64,000 bases of DNA from Trichosphaerium sp. ATCC 40318 (taxonomy: Eukaryota > Protista > Tubulinea). Numbering within the stretch: the first letter of the stretch is position 1; the number at the start of each line of letters is the position of its first letter. Shown in pieces: positions 50,901 to 62,509 of the stretch. A model generated the notes under the pieces. That model ran no database searches. It saw nothing but the letters and a program-made list of their open reading frames with translations, and was not told the DNA's origin. The stretch is taken from contig JALMLS010000520.1 in the NCBI GenBank assembly GCA_038496445.1, positions 124,001-188,000 on the forward strand, in the 5' to 3' direction. The translations under genes and the position numbers were made by a program.

Positions 50901-51721
50901 TGCACTGTATACCTATGACTGCACCTGCTATGTGTAAAGGTGTCTGTTCTTCTTCATCTGTAGCATTGATATTTGCTTTTGCACTTATCAATAATAAAAT
51001 GGTATCAATGCGTTCCTTCATTACTTTGAAGTGTAAGTAACATGCATTGTATGCTTATGATTGTACCTGCAACATGTAAAGCTGTTTTTCCATTATTATC
51101 TGTAGCATTGACATTTGCGCCTGCACTTGTCAATAATTTAACAATATCAGTGTATCCCTCCATTGCTGTGAAGTGTAAGTAACATGCACTGTATACCTAT
51201 GACTGCACCTGCTATGTGTAAAGGTGTCTGTTCTTCTTCATCTGTAGCATTGACGTTTGCACCTTCACTTATCAATAATAAAATGGTATCAATGCGTTCC
51301 TTCATTACTTTGAAGTGTAAGTAACATGCATTGTATGCTTATGATTGTACCTGCAACATGTAAAGCTGTTTTTCCATTATTATCTGTAGCATTGACATTT
51401 GCGCCTGCACATAAACACAACGATGCAATATTTGGCATATTAAAATGAGCTAAAACGGTTAAAACTCATTAAGTCATACACAAACCTGAAGACAGCATAA
51501 TTTCATTGGCTTTATCTGCTTTCTGTAGCTTCTTCTTTAGCTTACTAACTTCAAACAAATGTAAACAAAGCTACTGAGATAAACTGCACCTGTAATACTC
51601 TTGTAATTGGAATGTTGAGAGAAATATTTCAATTCACCTTGGTAATATTAATAGATATTGTATTAAACAGACATTCGTTAGTACCCTTTAATTTTTTCTT
51701 GTCTTGGCTCTCGTTTGACAT
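47926..51721 (-). CDS. Ankyrin repeats + PARP-like (HYE) ADP-ribosyltransferase + coiled-coil repeats + C-terminal TM anchor, multi-exon
   Basis: ATG 51721. About 6 ankyrin exons (GANVNATDNNGKTALHVA). Catalytic LMVHGTS..GFG..DAGYFGQGIYFT/SSIKYA..VTPGNVYP..GYQSHY..YDELVV. 17-aa repeats KSLEAEVKKLKQEKKDA and TM IAAGVIFLIFFYLF. Some internal junctions are uncertain. Confidence 0.75.
48005..48295. repeat. 51-bp coding tandem repeat (coiled coil)
   Basis: About 5 imperfect copies of ttttcttgcttcagcttcttgacttctgcttctagggatttggcatcttt encoding (K/F/S)LEAEVKKLKQEKKDA. Confidence 0.9.
49742..49813. repeat. Perfect 24-bp tandem repeat x3
   Basis: tgttactgacgacataactagatc x3; reads in frame on the minus strand as RSSYVVSN x3 right after a splice acceptor. 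Confidence 0.9.
50778..51411. repeat. 284-bp tandem repeat made of two 142-bp ankyrin exon+intron modules
   Basis: gcattgacatttgcgcctgcac recurs at 50821, 51105 and 51389. The introns are duplicated along with the exons. Confidence 0.9.
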
Positions 51722-52959
51722 AACGTGTGGTTGCTGACAGATACTTGAAGTTTTAGTTTTCCTCAGCTTTTTGTGTGAGTTGTGTTCTTCAGGTTCGCTT
51801 CAAAAAAAAAACTCAAACGCTGTTAGACAAATGAGCGCATTGCGTTTTTAGCAAAGAGTAAGGTATTTTGGGGTGCTATAGTTTTTTCCGAATTTTCCGA
51901 AAACAAAAATTCGAAAGTGTAGAAAGATGCATTGCTAGGCCAGTCCACTAAACTAGAAAGCGCCTGGTTCACTTACGGTCGGGTCCTCGCTGTGCTCGGA
52001 ACTAGAACCCGACATTTGCTCACATATAGTGATCCATTGGTGGTATAGGCATTTGGTTTTTGTATCGAATTCTATTTTTTCGAATTTTCTGAAGACAATT
52101 TTTTCTTTGAAAAATTCGGAAAAACGTGGGTCCATATTTTGGTTGCTTTCAAAATCGCTTTTTTACAAATATGCGCTGACTACTCTAATAATAAGAGGTA
52201 ACGTACCTTGGCTTTTAGATCACGAGATAGTTGTTTCGTGATAGGTTTTGTCGTATACCTTAGCTAAGGCTATAAGATGAGTTGCTGTAGGTACGAGGTA
52301 AGGAGAATTTTGGTTTCGAACAATTTTCAACAGTTTCGAACAAATTCAACACACGCACCTCTATTTCAAGACTAATTTTACGGCACTTATTGTTCCAACT
52401 CAAACAATGCTGTCCTTTGTAGTATGCTAACGTACCTTAAGTGATATTGTTAAGTCACGTCAAGAGAACGCTTCAGTTTTTTTTTTAACTTTTCTGTCAA
52501 AAAGGAAACCCAGCAACAGCGTTTCATTTTTTTTCAAAATTGTAGCACAGCACCCTGTGGTCTCTTTGCACAGGTTTTTTTTTTTGAACGTTTTTTTTTG
52601 TTGAGTAAGGAACAGTTACCGATTTATGTCAAACTCTGGTACAGGAACATTATTTTCCCATTTACGCCACACTCGTAACAAACAGTGTGTTGTACATGTT
52701 TATCCGGGGATCAGCTCTGTTGAGAGCGGTTTGCATCACACCTTTCCACGTTGTAAAAAAATTACTAAACTAAGAAAACCAGACCGTTAACTTGACATGA
52801 CTTGACAATTTAGGAAAGACTTTACTAAACAAGGAAGAAGCATAGTTTATTACTTCATACATCCAGTAAATCCAAGGCCTTGGTAGAAGTATGGTTTGCA
52901 CCATTTATTGGCTGAAAGCACGCCATGCAAATTTGTTAACAATAGTTACTGTTTGATAG

Positions 52960-53770
52960 AAGAAAGTCAACTGAGACTGTTACTCCGCTAGAAAAAGCAG
53001 AACCAACAACATGAACGTTACTTAAAGAAATAGCTTCAGTATGATAAGATGAAAGAAGACGAAGACTTTCAAAAAGATCAATTGAGGGCTGTATGAGAGT
53101 GATGTCTACGTGGAGAATATACAGAAGAAAATTATATGATTTGAAGGGAACGTTAGTAATAGGATTTACTTAGAAGAAATAGAGACGAAGAAAGACGTAG
53201 TCAAATTGATGAAGAAAGATATATTGGAGGAGTAGAAGAGATGGCAAACAAACTAAAGATAAGAAAGGACTAGAAGAATAGCAAGAACAGGAGCGGCACA
53301 TAGAACGATACGTTAAGAAAAATACTGAAGGATATAGCAGAAGTTAGAGAAGGGTATGGTAGCAGGATCACCGTAATTTAGAGATGGACTAACACAAGAT
53401 AAGCTAATGGCACAGATGGGTAATTGCGGAATGAAGGGCGACCTAAGAGATTGGTTAGAGTATGTAATAGAAAACTTTGATATATTTGCATCTAAGACAT
53501 TGCGTTTATTGTTGAGTAGAGATCACAGAATCGACCTCCAAGATAAATTGGTATATATGGTTATGAAGGTTTCCATGCTGTCTAGAAAGACCTACGAAGA
53601 AAACACAGAAGAAATAGAAGAAAGATTTTTTGAATAAGAGTTTTATGACGTGGAAGTCATAACTAAAGGAAAGAGTTCTTGTAAGGTGGAAAGTCAAGAA
53701 TCACATTGATTAACCCAGAAGGTTCTGGAGCACCTACTTAATGTAATAAGCCCTTAAGGAAAAACAATAA
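52960..53770 (+). pseudogene. Purine-rich decayed coding remnant (possible retroelement relic)
   Basis: Strong A/G strand bias, E/K-rich short frames broken by many stops, no introns, ends near aataaa. Composition differs from neighbouring host genes. Confidence 0.3.
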
Positions 53771-54183
53771 ACTAGACACAAGCTAACATTTGGGTGTTCT
53801 GTTGACTATTCCGATTCGGTTTTCAAAGAGCAAAGCATCATAAAACTGAAAGTTGTGGCTTTTTTTCAGTCACTATGTGCTTTTTTTTCATCCAAACTAC
53901 TTTCATATATTGAGTGAGTTTAAGATATCTACATTTTAGAGGTAAAACTAAATCATGGTAGTGTAATATCCAGATCAAACGTAAGTCGTAATTGTAGAAA
54001 TATTCTGTTTATTAAGTGCATTTATAATATAAGTCAACCTAAGGTCCGAGGTAGGCTGCACGGTTTCTTTTTTTTTGCAATTTGAGCCAATCTTGATGAG
54101 ATTCCAATAACTCTTGTATTTTGTACTTGTAACGAAGTACTGCCCAGTTTCTTTCAAAGAGCTCTTCTGCACCCTTTGATATA

Positions 54184-55046
54184 TTAGCACACAAACAGAA
54201 GCAAATGAAGGACCTTTTTCTGTTGGAAAGGTATTGATAGTTCTCCAAGCTCTTTGTCGCCATACTTATTGAAACTAATATCGTAGTTATTTGAAATGGT
54301 AGATCTCAATCTTTCGATTTTTCGCTTTTTTCTTATGCTGTCGATATCACACTGCGTCAGACTTAGGACTCTTATACGTGCTAATTCTGCTTTACATCTT
54401 ATTCTTTGCATCCAGGCGAATCTCTAACAGAAAAAATCAGAAAAAAACCAGAAGGATTATGTTTCTTGTATGGATCGTTTATTTAATGGATTTTGTTTTT
54501 GTGCTTTTTAAACGATTTAGACTCACTCAATAACGTACCTCTGCTTCTGTTTTTGCATACATGACCAGTGTTTTAGAGTGTGTTTTCACATAAAAAAGAG
54601 GTTCTTTTCCTACTTTTCCGTATACACTTGTATCATGTATGATGTCAACGCTGATAACATTGTCTAAATAGACGCCCACTTTTGGATGAGTTTTTCCTTG
54701 TAAATAGGATGTAACACTCTAGTATATTTTAGCTTGGTTGTAAATGTAGTAGACAATAACTGAGTAGTCATGTATCAATGGATGGAGGCTTTCATGCTTG
54801 TTGAATTATTTACAATTTACGTGCCCGCCAGTATTCAAGTCTTTCATCTGCCAAAACAAAGAAGCTGCTTCTCCACACTTGGCGCTTGCGTTCACCTAAC
54901 TGAAGTTTTGTTAACAAGCCTGACTTTGACCATGCTAGTTGCTAAAAATAGAAGTTAACAATCGTAAAAAAAAAATAATACTGTGCCATCATTAAATTAA
55001 CAGGTGTGTAGTAAAGAACTGATTCTATTGTTGGTTTCTTTTTCAT
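54184..55046 (-). CDS. PH-domain protein, multi-exon (5' end uncertain)
   Basis: Spliced KSGLLTKLQLGERKRQVWRSSFFVLADERLEYWR/SVTSYLQGKTHPKVGVYLDNVISV..LFYVKTHSKTLVMYAKTEAE/RFAWMQRI fits the PH-domain pattern. Confidence 0.7.
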
Positions 55047-55209
55047 AAGTTCATATGTAAAAGTTCTTTTCATCGTTAAATGTGCATAATCTACACAAAG
55101 GTTAGACTAGACTAGTTAAAGAAGAAAGAACAAATCATTTTTTTCAATTTTGGAAAAATGTAACCGGACGTCACATATCAGATGTGACTCAAAAACAATA
55201 ATTAGATAA

Positions 55210-56013
55210 TCATCTGCTCTTAAACGTTATTAACAAGGTACCTTTAACATTATAATTTTCCAGAGTCATTTTGTCTTCAAGTTGTCTTTTTCCACACAAA
55301 TGGAACGTGGCTGATTTAAATTTTTCAGACACGTGTTTCATCATACTGCGTACTACTTCCTCTATAGTGGTATCCCTTGAAAATTCTTTTACCCAACTGG
55401 CCCCTTCAATTTTGGAAACACAAGAGAGTAGTATTTGAAGATGTATAGTATTGTTTTGTCCCACATGATTATCTTGCTGCTTCTCACTATTTCTCTGACA
55501 TTTGTTTAAGGCATCAAGATTACTAAACTGTTGTTTTTGAAGTTGATTACTGTCTTCTTGTCTACCATTGTTGTAATTACCGCACATCTTTAATGATCCG
55601 TTACGATGCCATTCCTTACATTCACCTTCTCTTTTGTCCTTGCTGTAGGTACGTTGTACAGACAACTGTCCCCTATCATACCACTCTGAATACTCTCCTT
55701 CTAGTTCGCCGTTTACATAGTTACACTGTGCCATCAAGCCGCCGGTTTCGAACCAAAGCTTACAACCGCCGTGCTTAATACCGTGTCGCCAAGAATACCG
55801 ACATAGGAGCGCAGGAGGGTTATTTTTCCCATTAAGAAACCAGTATTTCAGCCATGTACCATGTTTATTTAGGTCAGCATCATACCTAGTTGTTTGCGCT
55901 GTATGTTTTGATAGCAGAGGCCATTTAGAATACAGTAGCTTGTCCAAATCAATAATATCAAGATGTAACTCTGTTGGAAGGTCTAGCAAGCCGCAGTACC
56001 CAGGCGCTATCAT
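55210..56013 (-). CDS. F-box + MORN-variant repeats + C-terminal ubiquitin-like domain (intronless)
   Basis: LLDLPTELHLDII; repeats such as KHGGCKLWFETG and LEGEYSEWYDRGQL; C-terminal DTTIEEVV..FHLCGKRQLEDKMTLENYNVKGTLLI resembles the ubiquitin fold. Confidence 0.8.
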   Translation of the reverse strand: MIAPGYCGLLDLPTELHLDIIDLDKLLYSKWPLLSKHTAQTTRYDADLNKHGTWLKYWFLNGKNNPPALLCRYSWRHGIKHGGCKLWFETGGLMAQCNYVNGELEGEYSEWYDRGQLSVQRTYSKDKREGECKEWHRNGSLKMCGNYNNGRQEDSNQLQKQQFSNLDALNKCQRNSEKQQDNHVGQNNTIHLQILLSCVSKIEGASWVKEFSRDTTIEEVVRSMMKHVSEKFKSATFHLCGKRQLEDKMTLENYNVKGTLLITFKSR

Positions 56014-57086
56014 TTTGAGCTAATTTAACTATTAGTCGTGTAAGATTGTTTTACAAGGCGTACATTGTTGGTCATAGAAGTTGCTTCTGCGCAAGAATTA
56101 TGTTCCTCGTTAAGTTACCATCTTCATTGAACGATTGGATAAGGATCTTAGAATATGTTGCGCGCTTTTGGTTGCCTTGCGAACTAGAAATTATAAATAA
56201 CCAATATTAACTCTTTGGAATTTTTTTTACCCAGCACGTGTTAGCGGGCGTGATTTAAAAGAATCATCCGTGAAACAAGAGGTGCTTATCCTAAAGAGTG
56301 GCGTTTGTACATAGACGATCAATCCCAATGTTTGTTATTAAATGTCCGCTTACAGTTACGTACTCAATGCATTTGGGTGTCTTACACAAACAATAAAATG
56401 TATCAATAAACTAAAAAGCGATTTTGCTATTATTGTATCTATTGTTCAAGGACATTAGCAATACTACGCCCTTTTGTTTCTTGTAACAACGTTTCCGCAA
56501 TGCTACGATAGCACCCGCCCAACCTACAACCAAAAACCAGGAAAATACCAAAAAAAAATCAATACAAAATAATCAAAAACAAACTGGAATGTGATGACGA
56601 GTCCATGGAGTAGAAATTTTGTATCTCACAAGCTACAACACAAATCTTACTATGAACGTGTTCCTATCAGGTATGTAAGTCTGTATGGGATCACAAAGGA
56701 ACAAATAAGCGGACCATTATTGCCCTACAATAGTATTGTTATTGTAACGCAGAACAATAACCTCTAGTCATGACATTTCAGTTCTGTTTGAAGAATTCGT
56801 TCAAGCTAGCGTGTCTACGAAGCACACGATATTGCTAGTTTTAAAAGAAGTCAACGCTAAAAGTCGGTTGCCAAGCATTATTTATATTTAGTGAATTCTC
56901 TTTTCGATCGAATTCTGTGGGGTTTCCGCTGTTTTGGGGTTGTGGATAAAATTAGGATAAGCCCACAAACATAGCAAATGCCTATAATAACCGAAATAAG
57001 ACGAAATAGACGATTCCGGAGCTTTGGCAAAAATGTCACGAAAACTCTCAAACAATTACAAAAAACATGAAAGTACATAAACCAAC

Positions 57087-58527
57087 ATGTCCAAAACAAA
57101 TCGCAACACGTCTGTAACAGATGAAAAGACAAAGAGTAAATGCCGAGGAAGGGTTGAAGGCCATGAGGTTCGCTTTAAGAAAAAATAGCTCCAACTAGCG
57201 CAAATGTTTCTATTGAGTTAACCCTACGTCAAGGTAGTCATTGGTGAGTACAACGAGATGCCTCTTGAAGATCAATTATTTCCTGAAGAAAAAGAAGCTT
57301 TAGAGAAACTAAAAAGCACTTGTGATCTCGCTTTTAGTACGTTAAAAGAGTACTTTCACACACACGAAGCATTAAACTGTTTTTTTGTTTGACAAATCAC
57401 GTGATTGTTCTATTTTCGATTATCTTGGCAACCAGAACTTTGTGGTGAATTTTACACGTTATCACGCCTCTGTCATAAGATAGAGAGCTAGTGTTTTAGC
57501 TGCTTCTTATCGTTGCTTTTGATACACTTGTTTTTTTTGTTCTTACTGAACTAGAACACACCGACAGATACCTCCTTGGATGCCTCATGTCTCGTAAACT
57601 TGATGTAGATCGTACTGTTAAGATGTTAGAGAACCTGGAAGTTTTCTTCAAGAAACATAACATTACGAAGATACCAAAACTATCTGATGTTGATCCAAGT
57701 ATCATGAGAACTGGGTACAATCAATCAACAAACACTTCGCTTCTGTAACCTGTCTAAGTGCTAATGGTTGGTAGATACGCCTATAATATACCTAATTCAC
57801 GCTCCAAAGATGGATGTGGCATCTTGTATTTTGTTCCAAGACTTCTAGAGCCAGGAACTTATAAGGAAGATTCCTACAAAAAAATGGTAGAATCTATAGT
57901 TTGGCAGAATCTTGTTGGCGCTTACTGCGAGGGAAGGTATATTGATGCTTCTCTAATAAATGTCTTGATTTATACTTATATACTTCTAGCATCGATATGG
58001 CCAGAAACGGTATGGTAGTGGTAGAAGACCTGAAAGGTTTTACAATGAAAAATATTGATATGAAATTTCAAAAAAAGATTATGAAAGATGTCCAGGAAAC
58101 GTTTCCTATGCGTATAAAGAAGATTTTAATTCTTAATCCTCCTGTAATTATGAAAATTATATTTGCATTTGCAAAGCTTTTCATGAAGAAAAAGTTAATG
58201 AAGAGGGTACTAACGAAACAAAAAAAAACAATTCGTATTTTTTTCCGTTTGTTAATCAAGTCTACTTACTACTTGTTTAGATTGAAATAGTAAAAGATCC
58301 TTCCAGGATTCTTGATTTTGTTGATAAAGATCAACTTCATGTCGACTTTGGAGGCACTCTTGACTACAGTATTGGTGCGTATTTGTAAAGAAAAAGAAGT
58401 GGTGAAAATTAACGTAATGGTAGCTGAGGTTTGTGATTATAACATGGAATACGATAAGAGATATTGGGCTGAAAATGGAGAAGAAACACAAACAAAGAAA
58501 CGACATCGTAAGGTCGAAAAACCTTAA
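57087..58527 (+). CDS. CRAL-TRIO (Sec14-like) lipid-binding protein, multi-exon
   Basis: DRYLLGCLMSRKLDVDRTVKML; NGMVVVEDLKGFTMKN..QETFPMRIKKILILNPP..KLMKRI..VDKDQLHVDFGGTLDY. Confidence 0.9.
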
Positions 58528-58954
58528 ACTGCTTTCTTAAGTACTCACTTGAAAAAAACAATTTTGAATACTTTATTCATACCTCACAGTCATGTGAGAT
58601 GGTCTCGTCACTATGTAGTATAAAATGACATGTTAATATAGTCTTATTTGACTTGCTGCAACGTAAAATAACTGAATGCAATGTGTTGTTCAAAGGGTAG
58701 CTACCTTAGAGGTGTAGATGACGCGACTAGGTTCGACTTAACTGTTCAAAAAATAAAACTGTGAAGTAGGCCAAACTCTTAACTCTGTCGCATAGCTGAA
58801 ACATGACATTGGCATAAATGAGCCACTATTTCAGCCGTTAACTAGAAAGTCTTGTTAGGTGGTTCACTTGCCAATCAGCCTGGTTTGACTTCAACTGTAA
58901 GTGACTTCAAGGCTATGTTATGGTTTTTTTTATTACTTTGCTTGGTTTATTGTT

Positions 58955-61150
58955 TTAATCTTTTTTTGATTCATTGTTATCAATAGCAGGCTTATCAATA
59001 TTTGCATCTTCCATTACTGTAGTTGTATTTGCATCATCTTTAGACTCAGTAGCTTCTTCTTTTGCTTTCTTTTCAATAAAATTATTTCTATACCTCTCTG
59101 CTCTTATTTTATTACTCTTTTTCTGTGGTTTAGGCTTCTTAGGTAGGTTCTCAAAATCTGCAAAAGCGAAGCATTGTTAACAGAGTCCTTTCAAAAACAA
59201 GAAAAAGAGCAGAAAGAAAAAACGCAGTCATGTCTCATTCGGTTGAGAAAGGTCATAATGTCATTTGTCCTTAGTTACATGGAAACCACACCAACAAGGT
59301 GAGTATTTCAAAAAGATTTTTAGGATTCATCAGCCAAAAAAAAAAAAAGAAAAAAACAAGAATGCTCAACGAACTACACGTACCAACATTTGGTGGACCT
59401 AGCAATTTTTCCCAATCTACTGTCTGATCTTCTTCCCATTTCGTGTACCTAAACAGTTAAAGCGGTCCACAGAGTTACACAAGCAAAGATAAATTAAACG
59501 AGTTGAATCAAACATCCAATTGAAACATTGCAAAAAAAAACAATAATAATAAGAATGTGCATACGTTTTTTCTTCTTCATTTATTTTCATCATATGTGGT
59601 ATCACGTATTCATTCTCAAACTTATCAATATCGGGCTAGAAATCAACATGTTAGCGAATAAAAATAATTTTTCTGAAAAACAACAAACCTGGCACTCAGA
59701 CCAATCAAGAGGCCCGTGTTGTCCAGGATCTTTATTATAATACTCAAACAAGCACTACCATCACATTAGTAACGTTTTAAAACCTAAAGTATAAACGCGT
59801 AGCGAAAACACTAAGAAATTCGTTAAAACAATCAAATTACTCTACCTCTCTTAATAATAGCCCTAAGCTTGGTGCAAGAGGTACAGAGCATACTTTATCA
59901 CGTTTAAGAGCTTCTTTAATAGCATCAACTCCTTTCTCTTCCCGTATAGCCATAACTGCTAAACCTACAGAGAAAGAAAAAAATGTAAGTACTGGAATTT
60001 CAAAATTCAATGAAGGCGTACCAACCATATGTCTAATCTGATGAAGTAAAAAACTTTGTCCTTTTAGTGTTATTCTTACAAGCTCTGCATCGCCATATTT
60101 TTTAGCTTCTCCACACTTACAAGAATGTTACTTTTTTCAAAACAAAAAAACACGTTTTATAATTTTTATGGCTATGCGCGTAGTGGCGTTAAACGCAAGT
60201 GAAAAAAGTAAAGTGTTACGCACTTCAACTACTTTAATAAACCGTTGTGCTGGTCCAGCATTTGGTAGCATCCCTCTAGTGAAATTATGGTACCATTTGG
60301 TGCCAACGTATTCTGAGAGAACAGAGTTTACTTGGGCTTGAATTTCGGGCGTAAAAGACCATTCTTTATCAGCAGGCCAAGCTAAAGAACGAATAAAGTT
60401 GTCAGGACAAACTTGTATATCTTCTTTGTATAAGAAATCGGAATAAGGCGTACATTTAGCCTTAAATAGCCATGTAGGTAATGTATACGAATATATTCTT
60501 CCAGTAGCACGACGTTTTGCGCAAAACTTTTTAGGTACACGATAGAAATCTTGAAAAACGTTAAAAAAAAAGTGAGAATAAACTAAAAAAAGTAGCATAC
60601 TCCAGACGCGAATATCATCAGGAACCTCTCGTTTAATGGCTGTAAGGAGTTGTTTAGGTTCAAGACCAAGTTCTAGCTTTAACGATATGACATTTGTGAG
60701 AGCTGATACGCCCTTGTCAGTGCGAGAACAAGCCTTCCAATCAACCTAAAATTAAAAAAATATGTCAAAAAGAAATGCTCTTAGATTAATTCAAAGTGAC
60801 CGCAAGGGTAGTTCTACGCCAGTTTTGCTTTGAATTGCGTTTTAACGCTTAATTATTCTTGCCTTTGTAAAAGTTCCTTTGTTTAGCTCGTGTATGCCCC
60901 CAGCTCTGCATATAGCTTCTTCCAGTACTTTCTCAATGGATATAACCTGAGGATTCCTAATTTTGTTATTCTAGTCCACTTACAACGCATACCGTTGTAA
61001 TCCAGAGTAATTAGCGCCTAAATAGCCAATAACTAACGCAACTTTGCGCTTTAACCTTACAACCTTGTCTCCTTCAGCTTCTGGCGACTCTGTATCATTT
61101 CTGGTGCGTTTTACGCGTTGATTACCGCCACCCGTGTTTTTGCGTTTCAT
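58955..61150 (-). CDS. PUS1: tRNA pseudouridine synthase (TruA family, PUS1-like), multi-exon
   Basis: KRKVALVIGYLGANYSGLQ, catalytic CSRTDKGVSA, RIYSYTLP, YVGTKWYHNFT, GQSFLLHQIRHMVG and VPLAPSLGLLL. Confidence 0.92.
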
Positions 61151-61322
61151 TTGAATGGGTGTGTATCTAAACCTTCTCGTGTATGCTAAACGGCGAAAAA
61201 TGGTGACAAACAGTGAACAAATAAGCTAATTAACTTTTCAAATGTCAGTCAACAATTTTTTTCGATTTTTTTTACATTTGTACATTTTAACTAAAAACGC
61301 ATTCTAGTGTAGTTTATCATGC

Positions 61323-62251
61323 TCAAGCATCATTAGTAGTGCTAGATTCCTTAGCCTTCTTTGCATTTTCATAATCAGCGTCATCTGTAGGTAACTCAAA
61401 GCGACACAAAGGGCAAGTATTTGTCTATTTTTAAACAAAATTAGTTCTCGCTTCGAGATTAGAAAATGGTTTCTCTCTTGTGTACCTGGTTTAACCACGG
61501 CATAAGACAATCCTTGTGGAAGTAATGATTGCATGGTAACTGTAGAACACTATCATCATGCTTGTAGTTCTCTTTACACACGCCACAATCAAGATGTTTT
61601 GAAGCAAACGCATCATCCACTGTTTGTTCGTTTAATTTTGATACAGCAGAAACTGACGCGGGTGGTGGCGCTCGACTATGGTGAGTAAGTTAGTATGATG
61701 AGAATTATTATCAGAAAAGTTAGTCTAGGGTTGTTTTGTTTGTAGTGGCGTTTAGAAATCGGAAAAGACGCCAAATGAGTCCCGTTAGAAATTCTGTTTG
61801 TTGAAATCACGTACTGCCCATCTTCCATTGATCGAGCTAAAAGATCGTCTAAAGTTGTAAATGCGCCGTTTCCGCCTGCCAAACCGCCGAATAAGCCACC
61901 ATTTTGTAACTGGTTAAAAAGGGCACTATAAAGACAGTTAACGCTTTAATCAACACTAAAATGGGCGTACTTTGCCATGTCATTCATTTCTACTGTATTC
62001 CACATGGCGTTTCCGCCCTGGCCAATATTGAATTGCATTTGATTTACAACCACTCCACCGGGCATATTGGCGCCATTGTGAAGGTTTGTGTGTAAGTATT
62101 GTACAAAAGTGTTAATATTTGGTTGTTGATTAGCAGGTTGTTGTTCCGGCCGTTCAACCTCCTCTATAAATTCGCTGGCGCAAAATCGGCATCTTAAACC
62201 GTCTGTATTGTTTGGTATTGCGTCCCTTTCACACTCATGGCAGTAATACAT
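61323..62251 (-). CDS. RING-H2 E3 ubiquitin ligase with N-terminal zinc ribbon (RNF126/RNF115-like)
   Basis: MYYCHECE..CRFCASEFIEE; PPPASVSAVSKL; CGVCKENY..LPCNHYFHKDCLMPWL..CPLCRFELPTDDADYE. Confidence 0.9.
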
Positions 62252-62509
62252 TTAAATAAAATACACAGGGTTGTTTGCCACGTAATCCGTAATCAATAAA
62301 CACGGGAAGAATAGCTGAGACTATTGTTAACTTAAACGTCACGTTGCAAAATGCAAGTTAGCTGTTTGGCTGCTCTAGCGGAAGAACGTAACTACACAAC
62401 GTCCATGTACTGGTTAATTGGTGTAATCAAATAAGAGACTGGGTTTTTAGAGTTAGTCTTGATTTAGTCAAAATGATTTGTTGGTTGAGGTTTGTTTTTT
62501 ATTCTCACC

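Noticed and set aside
2077-56013. A single integrated giant-virus genome segment
   Set aside because: No viral core genes (capsid, polB, packaging ATPase, primase) are present, and the virus-like repeat genes are interleaved with intron-rich host genes.
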